Shown piece by piece: positions 39,201 through 47,927 of a DNA stretch of 64,000 bases. A program made the translations under genes and the position numbers. The DNA is taken from contig JAJRUJ010000082.1 in the NCBI GenBank assembly GCA_024277855.1, positions 3,537 through 67,536 of the forward strand, read 5' to 3'. Source of the DNA: Candidatus Zixiibacteriota bacterium (GTDB lineage: Bacteria > Zixibacteria > MSB-5A5 > WJJR01 > JAJRUJ01). The notes beneath the pieces were generated by a model. It made no database searches and was not told where the DNA came from. It was given only the letters and a program-made list of their open reading frames with translations. The stretch's first letter is position 1. Each line of letters starts with the position of its first letter.

Positions 39201-39870
39201 CCAGGGTCCGGTAGAACTGCTCGAGGGCCTCGTCCTGCCGCCCGGCTAACATCAGCGCGTCGCCCGCGTGATAGCGAATCCCTTTGGCAATGCCTTCCGA
39301 GCCATACTCATCGGCAACCGTAAGGTAGGCCTGGGCGGCCGAATCATACTCTTCGTTTTCATAGAAAAGATTGCCCAGTTCGGTCCAGGCCTCCGCCCGC
39401 CAGCGTTTACTCTCGGCGTTTAGCGCCAACCGGTACAACATTTCCCGCCCGGCCACAAGTTCCCGCAGGTTCACCCGGCAGAGGGCGATCCAGTATTTAC
39501 TCTCTTCGACGAATTTGCTCTCAGGATAATTGGTGATAATCTCGTCGAACGCGCGCTCGCTTTTAGTGAACTCACCCATGCGAAAATAACACAAACCGAT
39601 GTAATAATAGGCATCGTCGACCCATTTACTGTTGGGATGGCGATCGATGATTTTACTGAAGCGCTCGATCGCTTCCTCATACGTCCGATACCCGGCACCG
39701 AACCGGGAGGACCCTTTCTTGTTGCCGATCGCCCGACTCTGGTTCTCAGCTAATTCGAAATTTTTCTTGGCGTTAAAAAAGGCGTTATAATATACACACC
39801 CGGCGGCGAGCATCGTTACCGCGAGGACGACAATCACGCGCAGGATGAAATTTCTCAAATTGCGATCCAT
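36199..39870 (-). CDS. TPR lipoprotein with long D(S/T)x repeat region and C-terminal TonB-like domain
   Basis: Lipobox LAAGC, YYNAFFNAKKNF, multiple TPRs, a roughly 500-aa Asp/Thr-rich region, more TPRs, and C-terminus YPE...KGKVVFKIWIDFTGEI...ESS...D.AA..A. Confidence 0.8.
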   Translation of the reverse strand: MDRNLRNFILRVIVVLAVTMLAAGCVYYNAFFNAKKNFELAENQSRAIGNKKGSSRFGAGYRTYEEAIERFSKIIDRHPNSKWVDDAYYYIGLCYFRMGEFTKSERAFDEIITNYPESKFVEESKYWIALCRVNLRELVAGREMLYRLALNAESKRWRAEAWTELGNLFYENEEYDSAAQAYLTVADEYGSEGIAKGIRYHAGDALMLAGRQDEALEQFYRTLAEKPTNELVYRARIRMSDAFFERQEIDSGLAILDELASNDLFFDSLGVVQLKIGWGKEQAGAYEEAIGIYTDVTETFPKTVWAAEAYYRIGYIHQKYYFDFPLAREFYALSKKEKSGSQFAKKAIALSVVLATIEEYQKQIAEAYADTADTARADSLGLADSSIADTTAENVSADTTESATISQAIAGEPTSADTEVDSVVDTTIIETAAPEAEPIVDIPPDLSPSEMTVEQVTAQLAKIADSIYDSGADIVPDSLATPDSAIIADTTVVLDSIFAETPVDSTDKAIIDTTETISAIDSSISEMAGAEIDTIPRVDTLLAIDTTVAVDTTYLVDTLLSVVPPSGKPKPSTEPSAAETTSTGGVLRTGSTAIGLRDTLGGRAAVDTNIDSILARDSVSTDTVGAADTVVTGDSLSVAESPKQYVELPPDETAWIIDSLIYQNILSSFGTLLKIDTTVIIDTTIFIDTTTTIDTLLSSGDQIAPLDSTIALDSALALDTTRTIDTTLAIDTAVVIDSMLTLDSTFTVDTSLALDTTYGFDTSLVVDTVRIVVPKTAWNDVHNHDTTVGFDTSLIVDTTRIIDSLAAARGLVPADPVMIFDTLIIVDTTVSVDSGLIAGLAYLYDTTLALDTILTVDTTMTLDSNQAARDLAVAERLAEEAERARLAEREKLATAYFNVAQALHLTLEANDSALSYYDTLIVKFPESGYTPRALFATGSILEEMGDSAAAARRYRRVLDDYGRTDFAGAAIARLGLAQTAADTGYPGAYYRQAEQLYLQDDNPQAAREKFAWIAREFPTSIYAPQAAYAAVMMAEDMQTDREDSSLVELYQEYIDSFPNTKFAAAAKARLGGNVPKQEQRKRAVMVEASSGDDDIDSALAAIQAEQGDTTIIRLPKAPTARNRIKTLGEFIYPESELGQNPWKGKVVFKIWIDFTGEIGEYELVESSNVPDIDLAATAAVEGTFFNPDSIPAESLNIWYQYEVRVIPPAQDKENIFDDPNFIK

Positions 39871-39874
39871 CGTC

Positions 39875-40810
39875 TTAGATTCCCTGGACCCAGCCGTTGA
39901 CCAATCCCGCCGCCGCCATTGCGCGGCGCGCTTCCTCATATTCTTCTTCGGTGATTCGCCGCGTAATTTTGGCGAACTCTTTTGCCCGATGGGTCGGATA
40001 ATACTGACTCATCAAACTAATGTACACCTCCGGCGAGATATTACGGGAGAGAAAATCGAATATTTTGGCCGAGGATGATTCACCTTCCGGCAGGACAAGG
40101 TGCCTAACAATCAGGCCGGAAACGGCAATTCCTTCATCGTCACAGCACAAATTCCCCACCTGGCGATACATCTCGGCGATGGCCTTCCGGTTGACTTCGA
40201 CATAATCAGACGCAGAGGAATACCTCACCGCCGCCGCATTATCCCCATAGCGCATGTCGGCTAAGTAGATATCAATGATGCCGTCAAATGACCGAAGGGG
40301 CTCCACCAAATCATACCCCGAAGTATTGTATACATACGGTATCGTCAGGCCTTGCCTGCGCGCCTGGACACAGGCGCGGAGGATCTGGGCGGTGTAGTGT
40401 GTCGGGGTGACGAAATTGATATTGTGTGCCCCGGCTTCCTGTAAAGTCAGCATCGTCCTCACCAGATCGGCGGATTTAACCGGCTTCCCGTCGACCTGTT
40501 GCGAGATGGTATAGTTCTGGCAGTAGACACAACGCAACGAACAACCGGTGAAAAATATTGTCCCCGAACCACGACTGCCCGATAGGGGTGGTTCTTCGCC
40601 ATGATGAAGGTTCCAGGACGAGACGAGCAGCCGATCATCGGTCTGACAGTCACCGGCCTCGCCGTCGAGCCGAAACGCCCCACAACGACGGGGGCAAATC
40701 TGGCAACAGGCCAGCATTTGGTCGGCTCGCATTATCCGCTGATCCAGTTCGGGATCGGCAAAATCGACTCGACGAAAACCGGGTGATAATTTGGCTATGG
40801 GTTCACTCAT
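39875..40810 (-). CDS. Radical SAM protein, PflX-like (PFL-activating enzyme-related)
   Basis: CQICPRRC, HHGEEPPLSGSRGSGTIFF.GCSLRCVYCQN (CxxxCxxC), and IVRHLVLP motifs. Confidence 0.9.
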   Translation of the reverse strand: MSEPIAKLSPGFRRVDFADPELDQRIMRADQMLACCQICPRRCGAFRLDGEAGDCQTDDRLLVSSWNLHHGEEPPLSGSRGSGTIFFTGCSLRCVYCQNYTISQQVDGKPVKSADLVRTMLTLQEAGAHNINFVTPTHYTAQILRACVQARRQGLTIPYVYNTSGYDLVEPLRSFDGIIDIYLADMRYGDNAAAVRYSSASDYVEVNRKAIAEMYRQVGNLCCDDEGIAVSGLIVRHLVLPEGESSSAKIFDFLSRNISPEVYISLMSQYYPTHRAKEFAKITRRITEEEYEEARRAMAAAGLVNGWVQGI

Positions 40811-41546
40811 CGTTGAAATACTCGGTAATCCGGGGTAGGATATCGCCGGACAAACCACGAAAAACCTCGTCGGCAACCCCCGAGAGCGGAGTTTCTTCCG
40901 GGTTTATCTCCACCATATACGCTCCCTGTCGTTGGGCCACAAGCGGCAAAGAAGCCGCCGGCTGGACCACCGAGGACGTTCCGATGGAGAAAAACAACTC
41001 GCATGCTTCGGTTTTCGCCCACGCCTTTTCTATCACCGATTCGGGCAAAAGTTCCCCGAACCAGACGACATCGGGGCGGAGCATTCCCCCACACTCACAG
41101 CAAGGCAGATTTTCCGGATCGAACACATCCGGAACCTCGCCGGGCTTCCCGCAGTCGACACATTTGTTTTTTTGGATATTGCCATGTAATTCATAGACTT
41201 GAACCGACCCCGCCTGTCGATGCAAACCGTCTACATTTTGGGTGACCAGGGCAAAATCGACAAAATATTTCTCCCATTCGGCCAGCGCCCGATGCCCGGG
41301 ATTGGGCAAAACTTCGCCCATCAGCCGACGGCGATAATTGTACCACTCCCAGACAAGTTGCGGGTTGCGATGGAACGCGTCGAAAGTGGCCAATTCCTCG
41401 GGCTTGAATTTCGCCCATAATCCGTCGGGCGAGCGGAAAGTAGGCACCCCCGATTCGGCCGAGACTCCCGCCCCGGTCAGGACCGTCACCCGGGTCGACC
41501 GACATAATAAATTCCGCAACCGTTCTGAAATGGCAAACTCTTTCAT
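40803..41546 (-). CDS. cobB: NAD-dependent protein deacylase (sirtuin, class III)
   Basis: GAGVSAESGVPTFR, TQNVDGLH, ELHG, Zn Cys pairs, LRPDVVWFGE, GTS, and WYxxR (desuccinylase-type Tyr/Arg). Confidence 0.95.
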   Translation of the reverse strand: MKEFAISERLRNLLCRSTRVTVLTGAGVSAESGVPTFRSPDGLWAKFKPEELATFDAFHRNPQLVWEWYNYRRRLMGEVLPNPGHRALAEWEKYFVDFALVTQNVDGLHRQAGSVQVYELHGNIQKNKCVDCGKPGEVPDVFDPENLPCCECGGMLRPDVVWFGELLPESVIEKAWAKTEACELFFSIGTSSVVQPAASLPLVAQRQGAYMVEINPEETPLSGVADEVFRGLSGDILPRITEYFNDE

Positions 41547-41650
41547 CGGGGAGGAATATAACCGCATAGAGGCCGGAAGACAAACCGTCAACTCAAGGTG
41601 GACATTTGGCTGGTTTGTCGGTTCATTATCAGAGTGGAATTGAGGGAACG

Positions 41651-42247
41651 ATGAAATATCGACTAATTATTGGTCTGCTGGCAGTTGTGGTTCAGACGAT
41701 GCTGGTTGCACCCGGCCTGGCGCAGGAACCGTCCGGTGGAGACTCGACAAAAGTCGCCCAATCGCCGGTGATGCTCAACCGGGCGGATGATACCTCGGTT
41801 ACCACGCCGATGCTCCTGCAACCAGCAAAACCCGATACCGGGTTCTGGTCCCGTCCCACCGGTGCTCTGTTTAAATCGGTGCTGGTCCCGGGTTGGGGAC
41901 AGCTTGCCAACGGGAAATACCAGAAAGCCGCGATCTATGCCGGGCTGGAAACATATTTCGCCCTCCGGGCGGCGCATTTTTTCAGAAAAACACGTGAGCA
42001 TTTCGACCGGTTCCGCGAAACCGATGAGCGAAGTGATTATTTCGCCTACGACAACGCCAAAAACAACCGGAACAAATTCTATTGGTACCTCGCGGGGACG
42101 ATCTTCATCAGTATGTGGGACGCCTATACCGACGCCCACCTCAAACCGTTTGAGGAAACCGAGGGCGATGATGATTATTGGGGACTCAGCGACCGCCCCG
42201 AAATCTCACCACCCGGGGTATCACTTGCTTTAACTTTCAAATATTGA
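41651..42247 (+). CDS. DUF5683-like exported/membrane protein
   Basis: Signal peptide, P..AL.KS.L.PGWGQL.NGKY.KA, and W...DAY.DAHL..F. Confidence 0.7.
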   Translation: MKYRLIIGLLAVVVQTMLVAPGLAQEPSGGDSTKVAQSPVMLNRADDTSVTTPMLLQPAKPDTGFWSRPTGALFKSVLVPGWGQLANGKYQKAAIYAGLETYFALRAAHFFRKTREHFDRFRETDERSDYFAYDNAKNNRNKFYWYLAGTIFISMWDAYTDAHLKPFEETEGDDDYWGLSDRPEISPPGVSLALTFKY

Positions 42248-42294
42248 TCAATCTCCTGTAACCGCGTGCAAATTACGACAATAACACCAATAAA

Positions 42295-42326
42295 AAGCCC
42301 CGACAATTGCCGGGGCTTCGATCAAC
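42295..42326. terminator. Probable bidirectional terminator between convergent genes
   Basis: AAAAGCCCCG-ACAATTGC-CGGGGCTT hairpin with an A-run on the left. Confidence 0.55.
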
Positions 42327-42346
42327 TTATATTCAATCAAAAAGCG

Positions 42347-42718
42347 TCAACCCTCCACATCACCGCCGCCGGACTTAACTTTCTCAATGTGAACATCAAA
42401 AGTGGTATTGGCCGTGATATTCACCTTTTCGGAATAATGCTGATACTCGTCTTTGGTCACCGAGATTGTCTGTAATCCGGTGGGCAGACCGGTCAATTCG
42501 TAATCGCCCTCACCATCGGTGGTAGTAGAGTGTCCGGCAACACTGACAATCGCACCGGGAATCGGCAGGACGGTGCCCTCATGGAAGACCCGGCCGGACA
42601 AAACCCCGTTCATTGGACTTGTCGGTGAATCACTCCCACAACCAACCAGAGAAAATGCGAAAATAATTGCGATAACCGTCAGAACGAAAATTCTGGAAAG
42701 ACTTTTGTTGAAGCTCAT
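42347..42718 (-). CDS. Lipoprotein with carboxypeptidase regulatory-like (CarboxypepD_reg) domain
   Basis: Lipobox SLVGC, and LSGRV...PIPGAIVSV...TTDGEGDYEL..LP.G...ISVTK..Y. Confidence 0.8.
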   Translation of the reverse strand: MSFNKSLSRIFVLTVIAIIFAFSLVGCGSDSPTSPMNGVLSGRVFHEGTVLPIPGAIVSVAGHSTTTDGEGDYELTGLPTGLQTISVTKDEYQHYSEKVNITANTTFDVHIEKVKSGGGDVEG

Positions 42719-43095
42719 TACATCCCCTCCCCACACCAAGGGACCCGATTGGTTCATCAAGTTAAAATAAAAATACGGGCGACGGTGTCAAGTATTTGTC
42801 AGCCATAAATCTATTGTGCATGACAAAATACAGATCACCCGGACTCGGCAAGTTAAATCCTGATTTTTCGATATGTACGGGTTAGCTGCACCCCACTGAC
42901 TGCAATTCCCCCCATGAATGCACCAATATGTTATCGTATGACGACGCTCTGACGCCATCTGGCTACGTTAAATCCGTGCTAATAGCAGACAGAGAGGGAC
43001 TTATCGAGTTCGATAAACATGTCGGCACAAATTTATATTAATGAACAAAACAAACACGACCGACATTTGTTTTCGCTCCGCGCAAAGCAAAGAAA

Positions 43096-43128
43096 AAACA
43101 AAAAAGCCCCCCGCAATGCGGGGGGCTT
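43096..43128 (-). terminator. Intrinsic terminator of the 43153-43764 gene
   Basis: Minus strand AAGCCCCCCGC-ATT-GCGGGGGGCTT followed by a T-run. Confidence 0.8.
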
Positions 43129-43152
43129 CCAGGATTGTCTGAATTCAGCAGA

Positions 43153-43764
43153 TTACTTCCGGCGGGTGTAGACTATTTCCATGTTCATGAAATCTTCGCC
43201 ATCGGGGTTGACATAGTACATCTGCATTTTTTGCGTGTCATCATCAACGGCGGTGATGACCGTGCGCACCGGCATGTCTTTGGTACCGGACATCGGGTCG
43301 TCCATGGTGCCATGATAGGTGATCACTTTCCCGGATTTGTCGGCGGTTCCCCGGCTGATCATCATTCCGGTACTCATGTCATCAAACCAGACATCGATAT
43401 ATTCCTGGCGAAATTTATCGTAGGCGGTAATGCCCATTCCCTTGAATGGTGCATCGAATGCGGTGCCGTCGTATTCGTGGACCAGATAACGGCCGCCCAA
43501 AATGGTTTTGAAATTTGAGACACCGGTCGAGGTTTGCGGTGGCGCGGCAGGGTTCATCCAGAATTTCGCCTCGGCGTCCCAGACACCGACCATTTTTTCA
43601 AATTGTTTGTGCTGTTCAACCGGCGCGGCCATCTCGGTCCACATGGCCATCATCGCCGCTTTATCGGGTTTGCCCGAATCCGGCGGTCCGGCAATCGCAG
43701 AGCCGACGGCAATAAAGAACAAGCCGACAACCATAACACCGCACGCAAGAGTTTTGCACTTCAT
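43153..43764 (-). CDS. DUF1579 family exported protein
   Basis: Signal peptide, P.EQHKQF..MVGVW...K.WM.P, ILGGRYL, F.GMG..AYD, and W.DDMSTGM motifs. Confidence 0.85.
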   Translation of the reverse strand: MKCKTLACGVMVVGLFFIAVGSAIAGPPDSGKPDKAAMMAMWTEMAAPVEQHKQFEKMVGVWDAEAKFWMNPAAPPQTSTGVSNFKTILGGRYLVHEYDGTAFDAPFKGMGITAYDKFRQEYIDVWFDDMSTGMMISRGTADKSGKVITYHGTMDDPMSGTKDMPVRTVITAVDDDTQKMQMYYVNPDGEDFMNMEIVYTRRK

Positions 43765-44007
43765 GTACATCCTCCCCTGACTGTTTGCCCCCACATGGTT
43801 GAGTGTTCTGTATACGCTGCCGGTAAAGAAAGGTTGGCCGATTGTGGCCGGGTATCACTTCCTGCGGAAACCATCAAGTTCTTTTCTTTCATTACAATAC
43901 GGCGACGAACATCATCCCGGGACAATAAAACAGGGTTAAGGGCGGCAAAACCGGCTTGAGATGCCGATATAGATAACAAAATAATTTCACTTTCAAAGGA
44001 GTCGCGC

Positions 44008-44382
44008 ATGAAGAAGTTGGTCCTCATCCTGACGGTTTTCATCGTGGTTGCGGCTTTTGCCACCAGCCAGGCAGTCACCATTATCGTCAAGACCGCTCCA
44101 CCGGCGCCCCGGGTCGAAATTAAAACCGCCAAGCCCGGACCCAAGGCGCTCTGGATCGACGGTCACTGGAACTGGAACGGGACGACATTTGTCTGGAGTA
44201 AAGGGTATTGGGAAAAAGCTCCGCGTGGTGTCTGGACCAAGGGTTATTGGAAAAATACCAACTATGGCTGGGCCTGGGTGTCCGGCAAGTGGAGTAACAA
44301 GCCCATCACGAAACCACATAAATTGTGGGCAAAACGTAATTGGAAAAAGACTCGCCACGGCAAGATTTGGGTCAAGAAATAG
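44008..44382 (+). CDS. YXWGXW (WxxGxW) repeat exported protein
   Basis: Signal peptide, APPAPRVE, and repeats WIDGHW, WSKGYW, WTKGYW, WVSGKW. Confidence 0.9.
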   Translation: MKKLVLILTVFIVVAAFATSQAVTIIVKTAPPAPRVEIKTAKPGPKALWIDGHWNWNGTTFVWSKGYWEKAPRGVWTKGYWKNTNYGWAWVSGKWSNKPITKPHKLWAKRNWKKTRHGKIWVKK

Positions 44383-44405
44383 GAAACTGCCGCCAGGCAA
44401 GAAGT

Positions 44406-44440
44406 AACCGGCGTTGGATTAACTCCGACGCCGGTTTTTT
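44406..44440 (+). terminator. Intrinsic terminator
   Basis: AACCGGCGTTGGA-TTAAC-TCCGACGCCGGTT followed by TTTT. Confidence 0.8.
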
Positions 44441-44467
44441 GTGTTCGTATCAGGGGTCGGCTGTCGA

Positions 44468-45661
44468 TCACCGCGCCGGTGCCGCCGTGCGCGCTTTGGC
44501 CCGTTCGTTGATTTCGGTGACTCCTTCGATCGCCGTGTCGATATGCTCGATAGTATTAAACGGCCCAATGGCAAAACGTACACTGCCATGAAGTGGGAGC
44601 GTGCCGATCTGTTCGTGGACCAGCGGAGCACAGTGCAGGCCGGTGCGCGTGGCGATATTGAAATCGACATCGAGCATGATTCCGACATCCGCGGCTTCGA
44701 ATCCCTCGACATTCATCGACACCGTCGAGAGATGATTGTCCAGACTGTCGCAACAATAGGTGACGACGCCGTCGATTTGTCTGAATCCGTCGACCAGCCG
44801 CCGGGTAAGCATCATTTCCTGTTCGTGAATTTTCTCGACTCCGCCGAACTTCTCCATCCAGCCCTGACCCGCCCAGAGTGAGGCAATTCCGACCATGTTC
44901 GGCGTGCCGTATTCCATGCGGAACGGGTATTCATCGAGGTGATATGGAAAAGCGGAGCGCACCCCGGTGCCTCCGCTTCGTGTATGCCGGATCTCCAGAT
45001 GTTTCCGAATACAGAGACCGCCGATCCCGGTCGAACCCATCAATGATTTGTGGCCGGTGAAGGCAAGCGCATCAATGTTCATCGCCTTCATGTCAATCGG
45101 GACCATCCCGGCGGTCTGGGAAGCATCGACGGCAAAGGTGATCCCCAGTTCCCGGCAAATTCGCCCAATTGCCGCCACCGGCTGGATCGTGCCGAGGACG
45201 TTCGAACCATGGTTAACGATGACCAGCTTGGTATTGGGTCTTACGGCCTGGCGGATTTCCTCGGGATCGACAAAACCCCGGACATCGAACGGGACAAAAG
45301 TTGCCTCGACCCCATGGTCGCGGACCAGGTGATTGATCGGCCGGATGACCGAATTATGTTCGATTTTGGTCGTAATTACATGGTCGCCGGATTCCAGCAG
45401 GCCGTTAATCAGCAAATTAAGCGCATCGGTGGCGTTATAACCAAAGCATAATCGCTCGGGGGTGTCCTCATCGCCGCCGAAGAAAGCCGTCAGACGTTTG
45501 CGGAGGTCTTCGACGATGTTCCCCGCTTCAATCGCCTTGTCGAATCCACTCCGACCGGGATTAACTCCGCACTGGCGATAAAAATCGACCATGAAAGCAT
45601 AGACTTTGTCCGGCTTCGGCCAGGACGTTGCGGCATTGTCCAGATAGATCAAGTTCTCCAC
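44468..45661 (-). CDS. Class V PLP aminotransferase, cysteine desulfurase family
   Basis: IYLDNAATSWPKP, NPGRSG, EHNSV, DASQTAG, FTGHKSL, GTPN and RTGLHCAP motifs. GTG start after GGAG. Confidence 0.92.
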   Translation of the reverse strand: MENLIYLDNAATSWPKPDKVYAFMVDFYRQCGVNPGRSGFDKAIEAGNIVEDLRKRLTAFFGGDEDTPERLCFGYNATDALNLLINGLLESGDHVITTKIEHNSVIRPINHLVRDHGVEATFVPFDVRGFVDPEEIRQAVRPNTKLVIVNHGSNVLGTIQPVAAIGRICRELGITFAVDASQTAGMVPIDMKAMNIDALAFTGHKSLMGSTGIGGLCIRKHLEIRHTRSGGTGVRSAFPYHLDEYPFRMEYGTPNMVGIASLWAGQGWMEKFGGVEKIHEQEMMLTRRLVDGFRQIDGVVTYCCDSLDNHLSTVSMNVEGFEAADVGIMLDVDFNIATRTGLHCAPLVHEQIGTLPLHGSVRFAIGPFNTIEHIDTAIEGVTEINERAKARTAAPAR

Positions 45662-45859
45662 ATCAACTCCCCGAGTCGCTGCATCCGTTGGTTGTATGTT
45701 GTTTGTGTTCTCCAAGATAGCACGAAACCCCATATCCGGCAACCATGAAGACCCTATGAGATGACACAAAGTTGGCCGGTTCGACCTGCTTGATGGAATT
45801 TGACAACCCCAAACCGCTCTCGGGGAAATTACCTGACAGATTGCCGGGCATAAAAATAA

Positions 45860-45882
45860 GGCCGGGAGTATACTCCCGGCCC
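45860..45882 (-). terminator. Hairpin downstream of the Cys-rich gene
   Basis: GGCCGGGAG-TATA-CTCCCGGCC, followed on the minus strand by TTATTTTT. Confidence 0.7.
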
Positions 45883-45911
45883 TGGTGTATCTCAGGTAGT
45901 GTGACTACCTG

Positions 45912-46250
45912 TTATTGCGTTTTTTTCTTCCCTTTCTCTACGGTTGTCTGCTTAACAGCAGCATTGTCCGATTTGCACGACTTGGTCTCGGCCTTGCAGG
46001 CGGCATTGCCCTTGCAGTCAGCTTTGTTTTCGCAGGCTTTTTCGCATTTGGACGGACAGTTTGCGTCACATTTGCCGTCGCACTTTTTGTCACAATCGGC
46101 CGGTTTGCAATCCTGCCTATTGGCCATCTTGCACTCGGCTTTACCCGAGCTAAGCGGGCAGGCGTTACCAACGCTCGCCACGGAGGCGGTCACTGCGAGG
46201 GCAACCAGCACTACGACGGCAACGCGCCAGAGAGTATACTTCGGACTCAT
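45912..46250 (-). CDS. Small exported Cys/Lys-rich (metallothionein-like) protein
   Basis: AGGAG SD, signal peptide, and 12 Cys in the mature part including six at i+4 spacing (CDKKCDGKCDANCPSKCEKAC). Confidence 0.7.
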   Translation of the reverse strand: MSPKYTLWRVAVVVLVALAVTASVASVGNACPLSSGKAECKMANRQDCKPADCDKKCDGKCDANCPSKCEKACENKADCKGNAACKAETKSCKSDNAAVKQTTVEKGKKKTQ

Positions 46251-46329
46251 TGACGGATCTCCTGTTTGAGTTGATGAGTTGATATCCCGACCGGATGACG
46301 TCATCCGGCCTGTTCACAGGAGTTTCGTC

Positions 46330-46890
46330 TCAAAGCAGAAACGAGCATTTTTCAATACAGCGGTCGAACCCGGACATGCCCGGGGATTCCAACGGAGGTG
46401 AGTGAGTGTGAAGAAGCGAGAGTTGGCGATCGGCTTGCACCAGTGAGCGCGTGATTACTCTGTCGCCGAGGACATTAAAATCGAAATCTCTGGCGGTCAG
46501 CTCGAAGACCGGGTCGACCCGGAAGGTAACCGGGAGACAATTACAACAGGCGGACCACTTGCGGGGGCATCGTTGTTCGGTGTCGGCTGTCCGCGAAGCA
46601 CAACCGTGAGATGCCGGACGTTTGGCGCAGGTTTCGACGACTGTCGTTACCGGTTTTTTGCAGCCGCCGGACATCTCGCCGCAACCGGCCATAGCTTTCC
46701 GACAGCAGGAGTTGTCTTCGGCCTTGCTTTTAATGATGCAGAGCCGCCCGGGTGCGGCGGCATCCTTATTGCCGATCATGATGAAAGTCGCCACGGTCGG
46801 GCAGAAAATCATCGGCCCGGCGGTAATCTGGAACGCCAGCAAGACCGGGATGGCCAGGGCGGCGGCGATGGTCGCAACGATCCGACGCAT
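46330..46890 (-). CDS. Cys-rich exported/membrane protein with C-terminal HSPP motif
   Basis: N-terminal hydrophobic helix, CC pairs (SCC, ACCNC), and C-terminus HSPP...C...C.FLL; resembles DUF2946/HYC_CC_PP-type metal-associated proteins. Confidence 0.55.
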   Translation of the reverse strand: MRRIVATIAAALAIPVLLAFQITAGPMIFCPTVATFIMIGNKDAAAPGRLCIIKSKAEDNSCCRKAMAGCGEMSGGCKKPVTTVVETCAKRPASHGCASRTADTEQRCPRKWSACCNCLPVTFRVDPVFELTARDFDFNVLGDRVITRSLVQADRQLSLLHTHSPPLESPGMSGFDRCIEKCSFLL

Positions 46891-46985
46891 GTTGTAGTAT
46901 ACTCAAATTATCGCCTTTGAATGCAAATAATTTCATCAAATCATCGGGAATTCGACCGGCAAGATTGTTCTGCAGGGAGGAAAAG

Positions 46986-47072
46986 CGGAGGGGCAGGGAT
47001 TCGAACCCTGGAACGAGTTGCCCCGTTAACTGCTTAGCAGGCAGCTGCCTTCAGCCGCTCGGCCACCCCTCC
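46986..47072 (-). tRNA. tRNA-Ser(GCT)
   Basis: GGAGGGG/CCCCTCC acceptor stem with G discriminator, anticodon loop CT-GCT-AA, long variable arm AACGGG-GCAA-CTCGTT, T-loop GGTTCGAATCC. CCA not encoded. Confidence 0.97.
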
Positions 47073-47174
47073 GGTAGAGCGATTTCAGCAGAGATATCTT
47101 ATTGCATTATCGGTGATTTCGCAAGCAATTTCACCCCGGCTATATCCGGGTGGACAACGTGTTGAGGAAAAAGA

Positions 47175-47912
47175 TCAGGGCTTTTTGACCGGCAAACCGG
47201 GAAAAAATTCGCCGTCCATTTTCGCCAGGACCGGAACCGTGTCCACCCCGGCGCAGATTGCCAAATCGTCCTCAAAGCCCAGGTCGGCCAGGTAACGGCC
47301 GTGCGGTGAGTCCTGGATCAAGTCGAGTGGATCGTCCTGATTTTTCTCGAAAATATATTCGGCGGTCCCGGCATGGTCGTTGCCCAACTCGACTTTGGAA
47401 AAATAACCGTTGAGCAAGGCAATTAACCCGCCCGCGCCGTACGAATCTTCGATGGAAAATGTTCCGTCCCGGCCGCCGCAGATAATCACCAAATCGTGCC
47501 CCGCTCTGGCAATTTCCTCGGCACTAATCCGGGCATTGACCAACCCGACCATCAGCCGAACCGCCGCCGCCTCCGAGGCAGCCATCGCTACCGTGCCGTT
47601 AGTCGAGCAATGGATGAGCGTCCGGCCGGCGATGTTCTCCGGCGTGAATTCAAGCGGAGAATTGCCGAGGTCGTATCCGGGGATGATTTTCCCCTCCCGT
47701 TCGCCGCAGAGGAGCGGTTTTTTCCAGGCCAGTCGGTCGGCGGCCTGTGCAGTATGTTCGAGCGTATCGACCGGATAAATTTCTTTGGCCCCGTTTTGCA
47801 GGGCAATGGCGGTAACGGTGGAAGCGCGCAGGATATCGATCACCGCAACTGTTTTCCCCGCGGTATCACCGGGAGTAAGTTCGTATGGTGTGAAATAGAC
47901 TTCAACAATCAT
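47175..47912 (-). CDS. comB: 2-phosphosulfolactate phosphatase (ComB) family protein
   Basis: VIDILRAST, LCGEREG...GYDLGNSPLE, STNGT and EDSYGAG motifs. Confidence 0.9.
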   Translation of the reverse strand: MIVEVYFTPYELTPGDTAGKTVAVIDILRASTVTAIALQNGAKEIYPVDTLEHTAQAADRLAWKKPLLCGEREGKIIPGYDLGNSPLEFTPENIAGRTLIHCSTNGTVAMAASEAAAVRLMVGLVNARISAEEIARAGHDLVIICGGRDGTFSIEDSYGAGGLIALLNGYFSKVELGNDHAGTAEYIFEKNQDDPLDLIQDSPHGRYLADLGFEDDLAICAGVDTVPVLAKMDGEFFPGLPVKKP

Positions 47913-47927
47913 CGCCGCTCACCTGGC

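Noticed and set aside
42760-43095. Possible riboswitch or ncRNA in the long AT-rich intergenic region
   Set aside because: Only short inverted repeats (TTATCG/CGATAA; ATGTCGG/CCGACAT) and no recognisable aptamer core, so there is insufficient support without a covariance search.
45772-47072. Possible genomic island integrated at tRNA-Ser
   Set aside because: No integrase, no duplicated tRNA 3' end (att site) seen in the window, and no clear compositional break.
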